Positions 15,793 through 32,198 of a stretch of DNA of 64,000 nt are shown piece by piece. The DNA is taken from assembly GCA_964035545.1 (NCBI GenBank), contig CAXIUT010000183.1, positions 62,001 through 126,000 of the forward strand, read 5' to 3'. Below the pieces are notes generated by a model. The model had not been told where the DNA came from. It ran no database searches and saw nothing but the letters and a program-made list of their open reading frames with translations. Every line of letters begins with the position of its first letter. Positions within the stretch are counted from its first letter, which is position 1. The DNA comes from Bugula neritina (Eukaryota > Animalia > Bryozoa). Made by a program: the position numbers and the translations under genes.

Positions 15793-17467
15793 TTGCAATA
15801 TACTACAACATATTGAAATACACTGTAACACATTGAAATATACTACAACATACCTAAATATCCGGTAATATACTGAAATATACTGTAACACATTGAAAAA
15901 TACTGCAACATACTGAAACATACTGCGACACATTGCAATATACTGTAACATACTGAAACATGCTGTAGCACACTGAAATAGACTGCAGCTCACTGAAATA
16001 TACTGCAACATACTGAAATACACTGCTACATACTGAAATATACTGCAACATACTGCACCATACTGAAATACACTGTAACATACTGAAATACACTGCAACA
16101 AACTACAACATATTGAAATACACTGCAACACATTGAAATATACTGCAACATACCTAAATATACGGTAATATACCGAAAAAAAAACTGTAACAGATTGAAA
16201 AATTCTGCAACATACTGAAATAAACTGCAACACACTGAAATACAGCGCAAAACACTACAACATACTGAAATACACTGTAACATATTGAAATACACTGCAA
16301 CACTTTGAAATATACTGCAACATACCGAAATATATGGTAAACTACTTGAATATACTGTAACACTTTGAAAAATAGTGCAACACACTGAAATATACTCTGA
16401 CACATTGCAATATACTGTAACATACTGAAATATGCTGTAACACACTGAAACACACTGCAACTCACTGAAATATACTGAAATATACTGCGACACATTGCAA
16501 TATACCGTAACATACTGAAGTATGCTGTAGCAGACTGAACTACACTGCAACTCACTGAAATACACTGCAACATACTGAAATAAACTGTAACATATTGAAA
16601 CATACCGCAACATACTGCAACATACTGAAATACACTGTAACATACTGAACTACACTGCAAAATACTACAACATATTGAAATACACTGCAACACATTGAAA
16701 TATACTGCAACATACCTAAATATACGGTAATATACCGCAAAATACAGTAACACATTGAAAAATACTGTAACATACTGAAATATACTGCGACACATTGCAA
16801 TATACTGTAACATCCTGAAACATGCTGTAGCACACTAAAATAGACTGCAGCTCACTGAAATATACTGCAACATACTGAAATTCACTGCAGCATCCTACAA
16901 CATGCTGAAATACACTGTAACATATTGAATTACACTGCAACACATTCAAATATACTGCAATATACCGAAATATATGGTAAACTACTGAAACCTACTGTAA
17001 CACATTGAAAAATACTGCAAGATACTGAAATATACTGCGACACAATGCAATATACTGTAACATACTGAGATATGCTGTAGCACACTGAAATACACTGCAA
17101 CTCACTGAAATATACTGCAACATACTGAAATACACTGTAACATATTGAAACATACTGCAACATACTGCAACATACTGAAATACACTGTAACATACTGAAA
17201 TACATTGCAAAATACTACAACATATTGAAACACACTGTAACACATTGAAATATACTACAACATACCTAAATATCCGGTAATATACTGAAATATACTGTAA
17301 CACATTGAAAAATACTGCAACATACTGAAATACACTGCAACCCACTGAAATACATCGCAAAATACTACAACATACTGAAATACACTGTAACATACTGAAA
17401 TACACTGCAACACATTGAAATATACTGCAACCTACAGAAATATATGGTAAACTACTGAAATATACTG
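15793..17467 (+). repeat. Spacer X' (X with an internal 1,842-bp deletion)
   Basis: Matches X at offset 10492 up to about 17111, then at offset 8650. Confidence 0.88.
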
Positions 17468-20203
17468 TAACACATTGAAAAATACTGCAACACACTGAAA
17501 CATACTGCGACACATTGCAATATACTGTAACATACTGAAACATACTGTAGCACACTGAAATAGACTGCAGCTCACTGAAATATACTGCATTATACTGAAA
17601 TTCACTGCAGCATCCTACAACATGCTGAAATACACTGTAACATATTGAAATACGCTGCAACACTTTGAAATATACTGCAACATACCGAAATATATGGTAA
17701 ACTACTAATATATACTGTAACACTCTGAAAAATAGTGCAACATACTGAAATATACTGCGACACTTTGCAATGTACCGCAACATACTGAAATATACTGTAA
17801 CACACTGAAATATACTGCAACATACTGAAATACACTGTAACATACTGAAACAAACTGCAACATACCAAAATATATGGTAAACTACTGAAATATACTTTAA
17901 CACATTGAAAAATACTGCAACATACTAAAGTATACTGTAACACACTGCAAGATACTGCAACATACCGAAATACACTGTAACATACTGAAACACACTGCAA
18001 CATACTGCATTACACTGACATACACTGGAACATATTGAAATACACTGCAACATCCTACAACATGCTGAAATACACTGTAACATATTGAAATACACTGCAA
18101 CACAATGAAATATACTGCAACATACCAAAATAAATGGTAAACTACTGAAATATACTTTAACACATTGAAAAATACTGCAACATACTGAAATATACTGTAA
18201 CACACTGAAATATACTGCAACATACTGAAATACACTGTAACATACTGAAATAAACTGCAACATACTGAAATACACTGCAACATCCTACACCATACTGAAT
18301 TACACTGTAACATATTGAAATACACTGCAACACATTGAAAAATACTGCAACATACCGAAATATATGGTAAACTATTGAATTATACTGTAACACATTGAAA
18401 AATAGTGAAACACACTGAAATATACTCTGACACAATGCAATATACTGTAACATACTGAAATATGCTGTAGCACACTGAAATACACTGCGACTCACTGAAA
18501 TATACTGCAACATACTGAAAAACACTGTAACATATTGAAACATACTGCAACATACTGCAACATACTGAAATACACTGTAACATACTGAAATAAATTGCAA
18601 AATACTACAACATATTGAAATACACTGCAACACATTGAAATATACTGCAACATACCTAAATATCCGGTAATATACTGAAATATACTGTAACACATTGAAA
18701 AATGCTGCAACATACTGAAATACACTGCAACCCACTGAAATACATCGCAAAAGACTACAACATACTGAAATACACTGTAACATATTGAAATACACTCCAA
18801 CAAATTGAAATATACTGCAACCTATAGAAATATATGGTAAACTACTGAAATATACTGTAACACAATGAAAAATACTGCAACATATTGAAACATAGTGCGA
18901 CACATTGCAATATACTGTAACATACTGAAACATGCTGTAGCACACTGAAATAGACTGCAGCTCACTGAAATATACTGCAACATACTGAAATACACTGCAA
19001 CATCCTACAACATGCTGAAATACACTGTAACATGTTGAAATACACTGCAACACAATGAAATATACTGCAACATACCAAAATGTATGGTAAACTACTGAAA
19101 TATACTTTAACACATTGAAAAATAGTGCAACATACTGAAATATACTGTAACACACTGAAATATACTGCAACATACTGAAATACACTGTAACATACTGAAA
19201 TAAACTGCAACATACTGAAATACACTGCAACATCCTACAACATACTGAATTACACTGTAACATATTGAAATACACTGCAACACATTGAAAAATACTGCAA
19301 CATACCGAAATATATGGTAAACTATTGAATTATACTGTAACACATTGAAAAATACTGAAACACACTGAAATATACTCTGACACAATGCAATATACTGTAA
19401 CATACTGAAATATGCAGTAGCACACTGAAATACACTGCGACTCACTGAAATATACTGCAACATACTGAAAAACACTGTAACATATTGAAACATACTGCAA
19501 CATACTGCAACATACTGAAATACACTGTAACATACTGAAATACATTGCAAAATACTACAACATATTGAAATACACTGCAACACATTGAAATATACTGCAA
19601 CATACCGAAATATCCGGTAATATACTGAAATATACTGTAACACATTGAAAAATACTGCAACATACTGAAATACACTGCAACCCACTGAAATACATCGCAA
19701 AAGACTACAACATACTGAAACACACTGTAACATATTGAAATACACTGCAACACATTGAAATATACCGCACCATACCTAAATACACGGTAATATACTGAAA
19801 TATACTGTAACACATTGAAAAATACTGCAAGATACTGAAATATACTGTGACACATTGCAATATACTGTAACATACTGAAATATGCTCAATCACACTGAAA
19901 TACACTGCACCTCACTGAAATATACTGCAACATACTGAAATACACTGCAACATCCTACAACATACTGAAATACACTGCAGCATATTGAAAGACACTGCTA
20001 GATAATGAAATATACTGCAACATACCAAAATACATGGTAAACTACTGAAATATATTTTAACACATTGAAAAATACTGCAACATACTGAAATATACTGTAA
20101 CACACTGAAATATACTGCAACATACTGAAATACACTGCTACATACTGAAATATACTGCAACATACTGCAACATACTGAAATACACTGTAACATACTGAAT
20201 ACA
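17468..20203 (+). repeat. Core block C, copy 4
   Basis: 372-aa ORF marker at 18157 plus the core diagnostic words. Confidence 0.9.
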
Positions 20204-21706
20204 CTGCAACAAACTACAACATATTGAAATACACTGCAACACATTGAAATATACTGCAACATACCTAAATATACGTTAATATAGCGGAAAAAAACTGTAA
20301 CAGATTGAAAAACTCTGCAACATACTGAAATATACTGCGACACATTGCAATATACTGTAACATACCGAAATATGCTCTAGCACACTGAAATACACTGCAA
20401 CCCACTGAAATATACTGCAACATACTGAAATACACTGCAACACATTGAAATACACTGCAACATACCAAAATAAATGGTAAATTACTGAAATATACTTAAA
20501 CACATTGAAAAATACTGCAACATACTGAAATATACTGTAACACAATGAAATATACTGCAACATACTGAAATACACTGTAACACACTGAAATAAACTGCAA
20601 CATACTGAAATACACTGCAACATCCTACAACATACTGAAATACACTGTAACATATTGAAACACACTGCAACACATTAAAATATACTGCAATGTACCGAAT
20701 TATATGGTGAACTACTGAAATATACTGTAACACATTGAAAAATACTGCAAGATACTGAAATATACTGCGACACATTGCAATATACTGTAACATACTGAAA
20801 TATGCTATAGCACACTGAAATACACCGCAACTCACTGAAATATACTGCAACATATTGAAATACACTGCAACATTCTACAACATGCTGAAACACACTGTAA
20901 CGTATTGAAATACACTGCAACACATTGAAATATACTGCAACATACCGAAATATATGGTAAACTACTGAAATAGACTGTAACACATTGCAAAAGACTGCAA
21001 CATACTGAAATATACTGCGACACATTGCAATATACTGTAACATACTGAAATATGCTCTAGCACACTGAAATACACTGCAACTCACTGAAATATACTGCAA
21101 CATACTGAAATACACTGCAACACATTGAAATATACCGCAACATACCAAAATATATGGTAAACTACTGAAATATACTTTAACACATTGAAAAATACTGCAA
21201 CATACTGAAATATACTGTAACACACTGAAATATACTGCAACATACTGAATTACACTGTAACATACCGAAATAAACTGCAACATACTGAAATACACTGCTA
21301 CATACTGAAATATAACTCAACATACTGCAACGTACTGAAATACACTGTAACATATTGAAATACACTGCAACATACTACAAAATATTGAAATACACTGCAA
21401 CACATTGAAATATTCTCCAATATACCTAAATATACGGTAATATACCGAAAACACCGTAACGCATTGAAAAATTCTGCAACATACTGAAATATACTGTAAC
21501 ACACTGAAATATACTGCAACATACTGAAATACACTGTAACATACTGAAATAAACTGCAACATACTGAAATACACTGCTACATACTGAAATATACTGCAAC
21601 ATACTGCAACATACTGAAATACACTGTAAAATACTGAAATACACTGCAACACATTGAAATATACTCCAATATACCTAAATATACGGTAAACTACTGAAAT
21701 ATACTT

Positions 21707-24442
21707 TAACACATTGAAAAATACTGCAACACACTGAAACATACTGCGACACATTGCAATATACTGTAACATACTGAAACATACTGTAGCACACTGAAAT
21801 AGACTGCAGCTCACTGAAATATACTGCATTATACTGAAATTCACTGCAGCATCCTACAACATGCTGAAATACACTGTAACATATTGAAATACGCTGCAAC
21901 ACTTTGAAATATACTGCAACATACCGAAATATATGGTAAACTACTAAAATATACTGTAACACTCTGAAAAATAGTGCAACATACTGAAATATACTGCGAC
22001 ACTTTGCAATGTACTGCAACATACTGAAATATACTGTAACACACTGAAATATACTGCAACATACTGAAATACACTGTAACATACTGAAATAAACTGCAAC
22101 ATACCAAAATATATGGTAAACTGCTGAAATATACTTTAACACATTGAAAAATACTGCAACATACTAAAGTATACTGTAACACACTGCAAGATACTGCAAC
22201 ATACCGAAATACACTGTAACATACTGAAACACACTGCAACATACTGCATTACACTGACATACACTGGAACATATTGAAATACACTGCAACATCCTACAAC
22301 ATGCTGAAATACACTGTAACATATTGAAATACACTGCAACACAATGAAATATACTGCAACATACCAAAATAAATGGTAAACTACTGAAATATACTTTAAC
22401 ACATTGAAAAATACTGCAACATACTGAAATATACTGTAACACACTGAAATATACTGCAACATACTGAAATACACTGTAACATACTGAAATAAACTGCAAC
22501 ATACTGAAATACACTGCAACATCCTACACCATACTGAATTACACTGTAACATATTGAAATACACTGCAACACATTGAAAAATACTGCAACATACCGAAAT
22601 ATATGGTAAACTATTGAATTATACTGTAACACATTGAAAAATAGTGAAACACACTGAAATATACTCTGACACAATGCAATATACTGTAACATACTGAAAT
22701 ATGCTGTAGCACACTGAAATACACTGCGACTCACTGAAATATACTGCAACATACTGAAAAACACTGTAACATATTGAAACATACTGCAACATACTGCAAC
22801 ATACTGAAATACACTGTAACATACTGAAATAAATTGCAAAATACTACAACATATTGAAATACACTGCAACACATTGAAATATACTGCAACATACCTAAAT
22901 ATCCGGTAATATACTGAAATATACTGTAACACATTGAAAAATGCTGCAACATACTGAAATACACTGCAACCCACTGAAATACATCGCAAAAGACTACAAC
23001 ATACTGAAATACACTGTAACATATTGAAATACACTCCAACAAATTGAAATATACTGCAACCTATAGAAATATATGGTAAACTACTGAAATATACTGTAAC
23101 ACAATGAAAAATACTGCAACATATTGAAACATAGTGCGACACATTGCAATATACTGTAACATACTGAAACATGCTGTAGCACACTGAAATAGACTGCAGC
23201 TCACTGAAATATACTGCAACATACTGAAATACACTGCAACATCCTACAACATGCTGAAATACACTGTAACATGTTGAAATACACTGCAACACAATGAAAT
23301 ATACTGCAACATACCAAAATGTATGGTAAACTACTGAAATATACTTTAACACATTGAAAAATAGTGCAACATACTGAAATATACTGTAACACACTGAAAT
23401 ATACTGCAACATACTGAAATACACTGTAACATACTGAAATAAACTGCAACATACTGAAATACACTGCAACATCCTACAACATACTGAATTACACTGTAAC
23501 ATATTGAAATACACTGCAACACATTGAAAAATACTGCAACATACCGAAATATATGGTAAACTATTGAATTATACTGTAACACATTGAAAAATACTGAAAC
23601 ACACTGAAATATACTCTGACACAATGCAATATACTGTAACATACTGAAATATGCAGTAGCACACTGAAATACACTGCGACTCACTGAAATATACTGCAAC
23701 ATACTGAAAAACACTGTAACATATTGAAACATACTGCAACATACTGCAACATACTGAAATACACTGTAACATACTGAAATACATTGCAAAATACTACAAC
23801 ATATTGAAATACACTGCAACACATTGAAATATACTGCAACATACCGAAATATCCGGTAATATACTGAAATATACTGTAACACATTGAAAAATACTGCAAC
23901 ATACTGAAATACACTGCAACCCACTGAAATACATCGCAAAAGACTACAACATACTGAAACACACTGTAACATATTGAAATACACTGCAACACATTGAAAT
24001 ATACCGCACCATACCTAAATATACGGTAATATACTGAAATATACTGTAACACATTGAAAAATACTGCAAGATACTGAAATATACTGTGACACATTGCAAT
24101 ATACTGTAACATACTGAAATATGCTCAATCACACTGAAATACACTGCACCTCACTGAAATATACTGCAACATACTGAAATACACTGCAACATCCTACAAC
24201 ATACTGAAATACACTGCAGCATATTGAAAGACACTGCTAGATAATGAAATATACTGCAACATACCAAAATACATGGTAAACTACTGAAATATATTTTAAC
24301 ACATTGAAAAATACTGCAACATACTGAAATATACTGTAACACACTGAAATATACTGCAACATACTGAAATACACTGCTACATACTGAAATATACTGCAAC
24401 ATACTGCAACATACTGAAATACACTGTAACATACTGAATACA
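21707..24442 (+). repeat. Core block C, copy 5
   Basis: 372-aa ORF marker at 22396 plus the core diagnostic words. Confidence 0.9.
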
Positions 24443-27400
24443 TTGCAATATACTACAACATATTGAAATACACTGTAACACATTGAAATATACTACAACA
24501 TACCTAAATATCCGGTAATATACTGAAATATACTGTAACACATTGAAAAATACTGCAACATACTGAAACATACTGCGACACATTGCAATATACTGTAACA
24601 TACTGAAACATGCTGTAGCACACTGAAATAGACTGCAGCTCACTGAAATATACTGCAACATACTGAAATACACTGCTACATACTGAAATATACTGCAACA
24701 TACTGCAACATACTGAAATACACTGTAACATACTGAAATACACTGCAACAAACTACAACATATTGAAATACACTGCAACACATTGAAATATACTGCAACA
24801 TACCTAAATATACGGTAATATACCGAAAAAAAAACTGTAACAGATTGAAAAATTCTGCAACATACTGAAATAAACTGCAACACACTGAAATACAGCGCAA
24901 AACACTACAACATACTGAAATACACTGTAACATATTGAAATACACTGCAACACTTTGAAATATACTGCAACATACCGAAATATATGGTAAACTACTTGAA
25001 TATACTGTAACACTTTGAAAAATAGTGCAACACACTGAAATATACTCTGACACATTGCAATATACTGTAACATACTGAAATATGCTGTAACACACTGAAA
25101 CACACTGCAACTCACTGAAATATACTGAAATATACTGCGACACATTGCAATATACCGTAACATACTGAAGTATGCTGTAGCAGACTGAACTACACTGCAA
25201 CTCACTGAAATACACTGCAACATACTGAAATAAACTGTAACATATTGAAACATACCGCAACATACTGCAACATACTGAAATACACTGTAACATACTGAAC
25301 TACACTGCAAAATACTACAACATATTGAAATACACTGCAACACATTGAAATATACTGCAACATACCTAAATATACGGTAATATACCGCAAAATACAGTAA
25401 CACATTGAAAAATACTGTAACATACTGAAATATACTGCGACACATTGCAATATACTGTAACATCCTGAAACATGCTGTAGCACACTAAAATAGACTGCAG
25501 CTCACTGAAATATACTGCAACATACTGAAATTCACTGCAGCATCCTACAACATGCTGAAATACACTGTAACATATTGAATTACACTGCAACACATTCAAA
25601 TATACTGCAATATACCGAAATATATGGTAAACTACTGAAACCTACTGTAACACATTGAAAAATACTGCAAGATACTGAAATATACTGCGACACAATGCAA
25701 TATACTGTAACATACTGAGATATGCTGTAGCACACTGAAATACACTGCAACTCACTGAAATGTACTGCAACATACTGAAATACACTGTAACATTCTACAA
25801 CATACTGAAATACACAGTATTATGATGAAATACACTGTAACATACTGAAATTCACTGCAAAATACTACAACATATTGAAATACAATGCAACACATTGAAC
25901 TATACTGCAACATACCTAAATATACGGAAATATACTGAAATATACTGTAACACACTGAAATATACTGCAACATACTGAAATATACTGCAAGATACTGCAA
26001 CATACCGAAATACACTGGGACATACTGAAACACACTGCAACATACTGCATTATACTGACATACACTGGAACATATTGAAATACACTGCAACATCCTACAA
26101 CATGCTGAAATACTCTGTAACATATTGAAATACACTGCAACACATTGAAATATACTGCCACATACCGAAATATATGGTGAACTACTGAAATATACTGTGA
26201 CACATTGAAAAATACTGCAACATACTGAAATACACTGTAACATACTGAAATAAACTGCAACATACTGAAATACACTGCAACACACTGAAATACTTCGCAA
26301 AATACTACAACTTACTGAAATACACTGTAACATATTGAAACACACTGCAACACATTGAAATATACTGCAATGTACCGAAATATATGGTAAACTACTGAAA
26401 TATACGGTAACACATTGAAAAATACTGCAAGATACTGAAATAAACTGCGACACATTGCAATATACTGTAACATACTGAAATATGCTGTAGCACACTGAGA
26501 TACACTGCAACTCACTGAAATATACTGCAACATATTGAAATACACTGCAAGATCCTATAACATGCTGAAATACACTGTAACATATTGAAATAAAGTGCAG
26601 CACATTGAACTATACTGCGACATACCGAAATATATGGTAAACTAGTGAAATATACTGCAACATACTGAAATATACTGTAACACAATGAAATATACTGCAA
26701 CATACTGAAATACACTGTAACACACTGAAATAAACTGCAACATACTGAAATACACTGCAACATCCTACAACATACTGAAATACACTGTAACATATTGAAA
26801 CACACTGCAACACATTAAAATATACTGCAATGTACCGAATTATATGGTGAACTACTGAAATATACTGTAACACATTGAAAAATACTGCAAGATACTGAAA
26901 TATACTGCGACACATTGCAATATACTGTAACATACTGAAATATGCTATAGCACACTGAAATACACCGCAACTCACTGAAATATACTGCAACATATTGAAA
27001 TACACTGCAACATTCTACAACATGCTGAAACACACTGTAACGTATTGAAATACACTGCAACACATTGAAATATACTGCAACATACCGAAATATATGGTAA
27101 ACTACTGAAATATACTGTAACACATTGAAAAATACTGCAACATACTGAAATACACTGCAACCCACTGAAATACATCGCAAAAGACTACAACATACTGAAA
27201 CACACTGTAACATACTGAAATACACTGCAACAAACTACAACATATTGAAATACACTGCAACACATTGAAATATACTGCAACATACCTAAATATACGGTAA
27301 TATACCGAAAAAAAAACTGTAACAGAGTGAAAAATTCTGCAACACACTGAAATAAACTGCAACACACTGAAATACAGCGCAAAATACTACATTATACTGA

Positions 27401-27959
27401 AATACACTGTAACATATTGCAATACACTGCAACACTTTGAAATATACTGCAACATACCGAAATATATGGTAAACTACTAAAAGATACTGTAACACTTTGA
27501 AAAATAGTGCAACACACTGAAATATACTCTGACACATTGCAATATACTGTAACATACTGAAATATGCTGTAGCACACTGAAATACACTGCAACTCACTGA
27601 AATATACTGCAACATACTGAAATACACTGTAACATATTGAAACATACTGCAACATACTGCAACATACTGAAATACACTGTAACATACTGAAATACATTGC
27701 AAAATACTACAACATATTGAAACACACTGTAACACATTGAAATATACTACAACATACCTAAATATCCGGTAATATACTGAAATATACTGTAACACATTGA
27801 AAAATACTGCAACATACTGAAATACACTGCAACCCACTGAAATACATCGCAAAATACTACAACATACTGAAATACACTGTAACATACTGAAATACACTGC
27901 AACACATTGAAATATACTGCAACCTACAGAAATATATGGTAAACTACTGAAATATACTG
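24443..27959 (+). repeat. Spacer block X (second full copy)
   Basis: 283-aa ORF marker at 25752 = 6610 + 19142; 369-aa marker at 27286 = 8144 + 19142. Confidence 0.9.
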
Positions 27960-30695
27960 TAACACATTGAAAAATACTGCAACACACTGAAACATACTGC
28001 GACACATTGCAATATACTGTAACATACTGAAACATACTGTAGCACACTGAAATAGACTGCAGCTCACTGAAATATACTGCATTATACTGAAATTCACTGC
28101 AGCATCCTACAACATGCTGAAATACACTGTAACATATTGAAATACGCTGCAACACTTTGAAATATACTGCAACATACCGAAATATATGGTAAACTACTAA
28201 TATATACTGTAACACTCTGAAAAATAGTGCAACATACTGAAATATACTGCGACACTTTGCAATGTACTGCAACATACTGAAATATACTGTAACACACTGA
28301 AATATACTGCAACATACTGAAATACACTGTAACATACTGAAATAAACTGCAACATACCAAAATATATGGTAAACTACTGAAATATACTTTAACACATTGA
28401 AAAATACTGCAACATACTAAAGTATACTGTAACACACTGCAAGATACTGCAACATACCGAAATACACTGTAACATACTGAAACACACTGCAACATACTGC
28501 ATTACACTGACATACACTGGAACATATTGAAATACACTGCAACATCCTACAACATGCTGAAATACACTGTAACATATTGAAATACACTGCAACACAATGA
28601 AATATACTGCAACATACCAAAATAAATGGTAAACTACTGAAATATACTTTAACACATTGAAAAATACTGCAACATACTGAAATATACTGTAACACACTGA
28701 AATATACTGCAACATACTGAAATACACTGTAACATACTGAAATAAACTGCAACATACTGAAATACACTGCAACATCCTACACCATACTGAATTACACTGT
28801 AACATATTGAAATACACTGCAACACATTGAAAAATACTGCAACATACCGAAATATATGGTAAACTATTGAATTATACTGTAACACATTGAAAAATAGTGA
28901 AACACACTGAAATATACTCTGACACAATGCAATATACTGTAACATACTGAAATATGCTGTAGCACACTGAAATACACTGCGACTCACTGAAATATACTGC
29001 AACATACTGAAAAACACTGTAACATATTGAAACATACTGCAACATACTGCAACATACTGAAATACACTGTAACATACTGAAATAAATTGCAAAATACTAC
29101 AACATATTGAAATACACTGCAACACATTGAAATATACTGCAACATACCTAAATATCCGGTAATATACTGAAATATACTGTAACACATTGAAAAATGCTGC
29201 AACATACTGAAATACACTGCAACCCACTGAAATACATCGCAAAAGACTACAACATACTGAAATACACTGTAACATATTGAAATACACTCCAACAAATTGA
29301 AATATACTGCAACCTATAGAAATATATGGTAAACTACTGAAATATACTGTAACACAATGAAAAATACTGCAACATATTGAAACATAGTGCGACACATTGC
29401 AATATACTGTAACATACTGAAACATGCTGTAGCACACTGAAATAGACTGCAGCTCACTGAAATATACTGCAACATACTGAAATACACTGCAACATCCTAC
29501 AACATGCTGAAATACACTGTAACATGTTGAAATACACTGCAACACAATGAAATATACTGCAACATACCAAAATGTATGGTAAACTACTGAAATATACTTT
29601 AACACATTGAAAAATAGTGCAACATACTGAAATATACTGTAACACACTGAAATATACTGCAACATACTGAAATACACTGTAACATACTGAAATAAACTGC
29701 AACATACTGAAATACACTGCAACATCCTACAACATACTGAATTACACTGTAACATATTGAAATACACTGCAACACATTGAAAAATACTGCAACATACCGA
29801 AATATATGGTAAACTATTGAATTATACTGTAACACATTGAAAAATACTGAAACACACTGAAATATACTCTGACACAATGCAATATACTGTAACATACTGA
29901 AATATGCAGTAGCACACTGAAATACACTGCGACTCACTGAAATATACTGCAACATACTGAAAAACACTGTAACATATTGAAACATACTGCAACATACTGC
30001 AACATACTGAAATACACTGTAACATACTGAAATACATTGCAAAATACTACAACATATTGAAATACACTGCAACACATTGAAATATACTGCAACATACCGA
30101 AATATCCGGTAATATACTGAAATATACTGTAACACATTGAAAAATACTGCAACATACTGAAATACACTGCAACCCACTGAAATACATCGCAAAAGACTAC
30201 AACATACTGAAACACACTGTAACATATTGAAATACACTGCAACACATTGAAATATACCGCACCATACCTAAATACACGGTAATATACTGAAATATACTGT
30301 AACACATTGAAAAATACTGCAAGATACTGAAATATACTGTGACACATTGCAATATACTGTAACATACTGAAATATGCTCAATCACACTGAAATACACTGC
30401 ACCTCACTGAAATATACTGCAACATACTGAAATACACTGCAACATCCTACAACATACTGAAATACACTGCAGCATATTGAAAGACACTGCTAGATAATGA
30501 AATATACTGCAACATACCAAAATACATGGTAAACTACTGAAATATATTTTAACACATTGAAAAATACTGCAACATACTGAAATATACTGTAACACACTGA
30601 AATATACTGCAACATACTGAAATACACTGCTACATACTGAAATATACTGCAACATACTGCAACATACTGAAATACACTGTAACATACTGAATACA
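27960..30695 (+). repeat. Core block C, copy 6
   Basis: 372-aa ORF marker at 28649 plus the core diagnostic words. Confidence 0.9.
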
Positions 30696-32198
30696 CTGCA
30701 ACAAACTACAACATATTGAAATACACTGCAACACATTGAAATATACTGCAACATACCTAAATATACGTTAATATAGCGGAAAAAAACTGTAACAGATTGA
30801 AAAACTCTGCAACATACTGAAATATACTGCGACACATTGCAATATACTGTAACATACCGAAATATGCTCTAGCACACTGAAATACACTGCAACCCACTGA
30901 AATATACTGCAACATACTGAAATACACTGCAACACATTGAAATACACTGCAACATACCAAAATAAATGGTAAATTACTGAAATATACTTAAACACATTGA
31001 AAAATACTGCAACATACTGAAATATACTGTAACACAATGAAATATACTGCAACATACTGAAATACACTGTAACACACTGAAATAAACTGCAACATACTGA
31101 AATACACTGCAACATCCTACAACATACTGAAATACACTGTAACATATTGAAACACACTGCAACACATTAAAATATACTGCAATGTACCGAATTATATGGT
31201 GAACTACTGAAATATACTGTAACACATTGAAAAATACTGCAAGATACTGAAATATACTGCGACACATTGCAATATACTGTAACATACTGAAATATGCTAT
31301 AGCACACTGAAATACACCGCAACTCACTGAAATATACTGCAACATATTGAAATACACTGCAACATTCTACAACATGCTGAAACACACTGTAACGTATTGA
31401 AATACACTGCAACACATTGAAATATACTGCAACATACCGAAATATATGGTAAACTACTGAAATAGACTGTAACACATTGCAAAAGACTGCAACATACTGA
31501 AATATACTGCGACACATTGCAATATACTGTAACATACTGAAATATGCTCTAGCACACTGAAATACACTGCAACTCACTGAAATATACTGCAACATACTGA
31601 AATACACTGCAACACATTGAAATATACCGCAACATACCAAAATATATGGTAAACTACTGAAATATACTTTAACACATTGAAAAATACTGCAACATACTGA
31701 AATATACTGTAACACACTGAAATATACTGCAACATACTGAATTACACTGTAACATACCGAAATAAACTGCAACATACTGAAATACACTGCTACATACTGA
31801 AATATAACTCAACATACTGCAACGTACTGAAATACACTGTAACATATTGAAATACACTGCAACATACTACAAAATATTGAAATACACTGCAACACATTGA
31901 AATATTCTCCAATATACCTAAATATACGGTAATATACCGAAAACACCGTAACGCATTGAAAAATTCTGCAACATACTGAAATATACTGTAACACACTGAA
32001 ATATACTGCAACATACTGAAATACACTGTAACATACTGAAATAAACTGCAACATACTGAAATACACTGCTACATACTGAAATATACTGCAACATACTGCA
32101 ACATACTGAAATACACTGTAAAATACTGAAATACACTGCAACACATTGAAATATACTCCAATATACCTAAATATACGGTAAACTACTGAAATATACTT

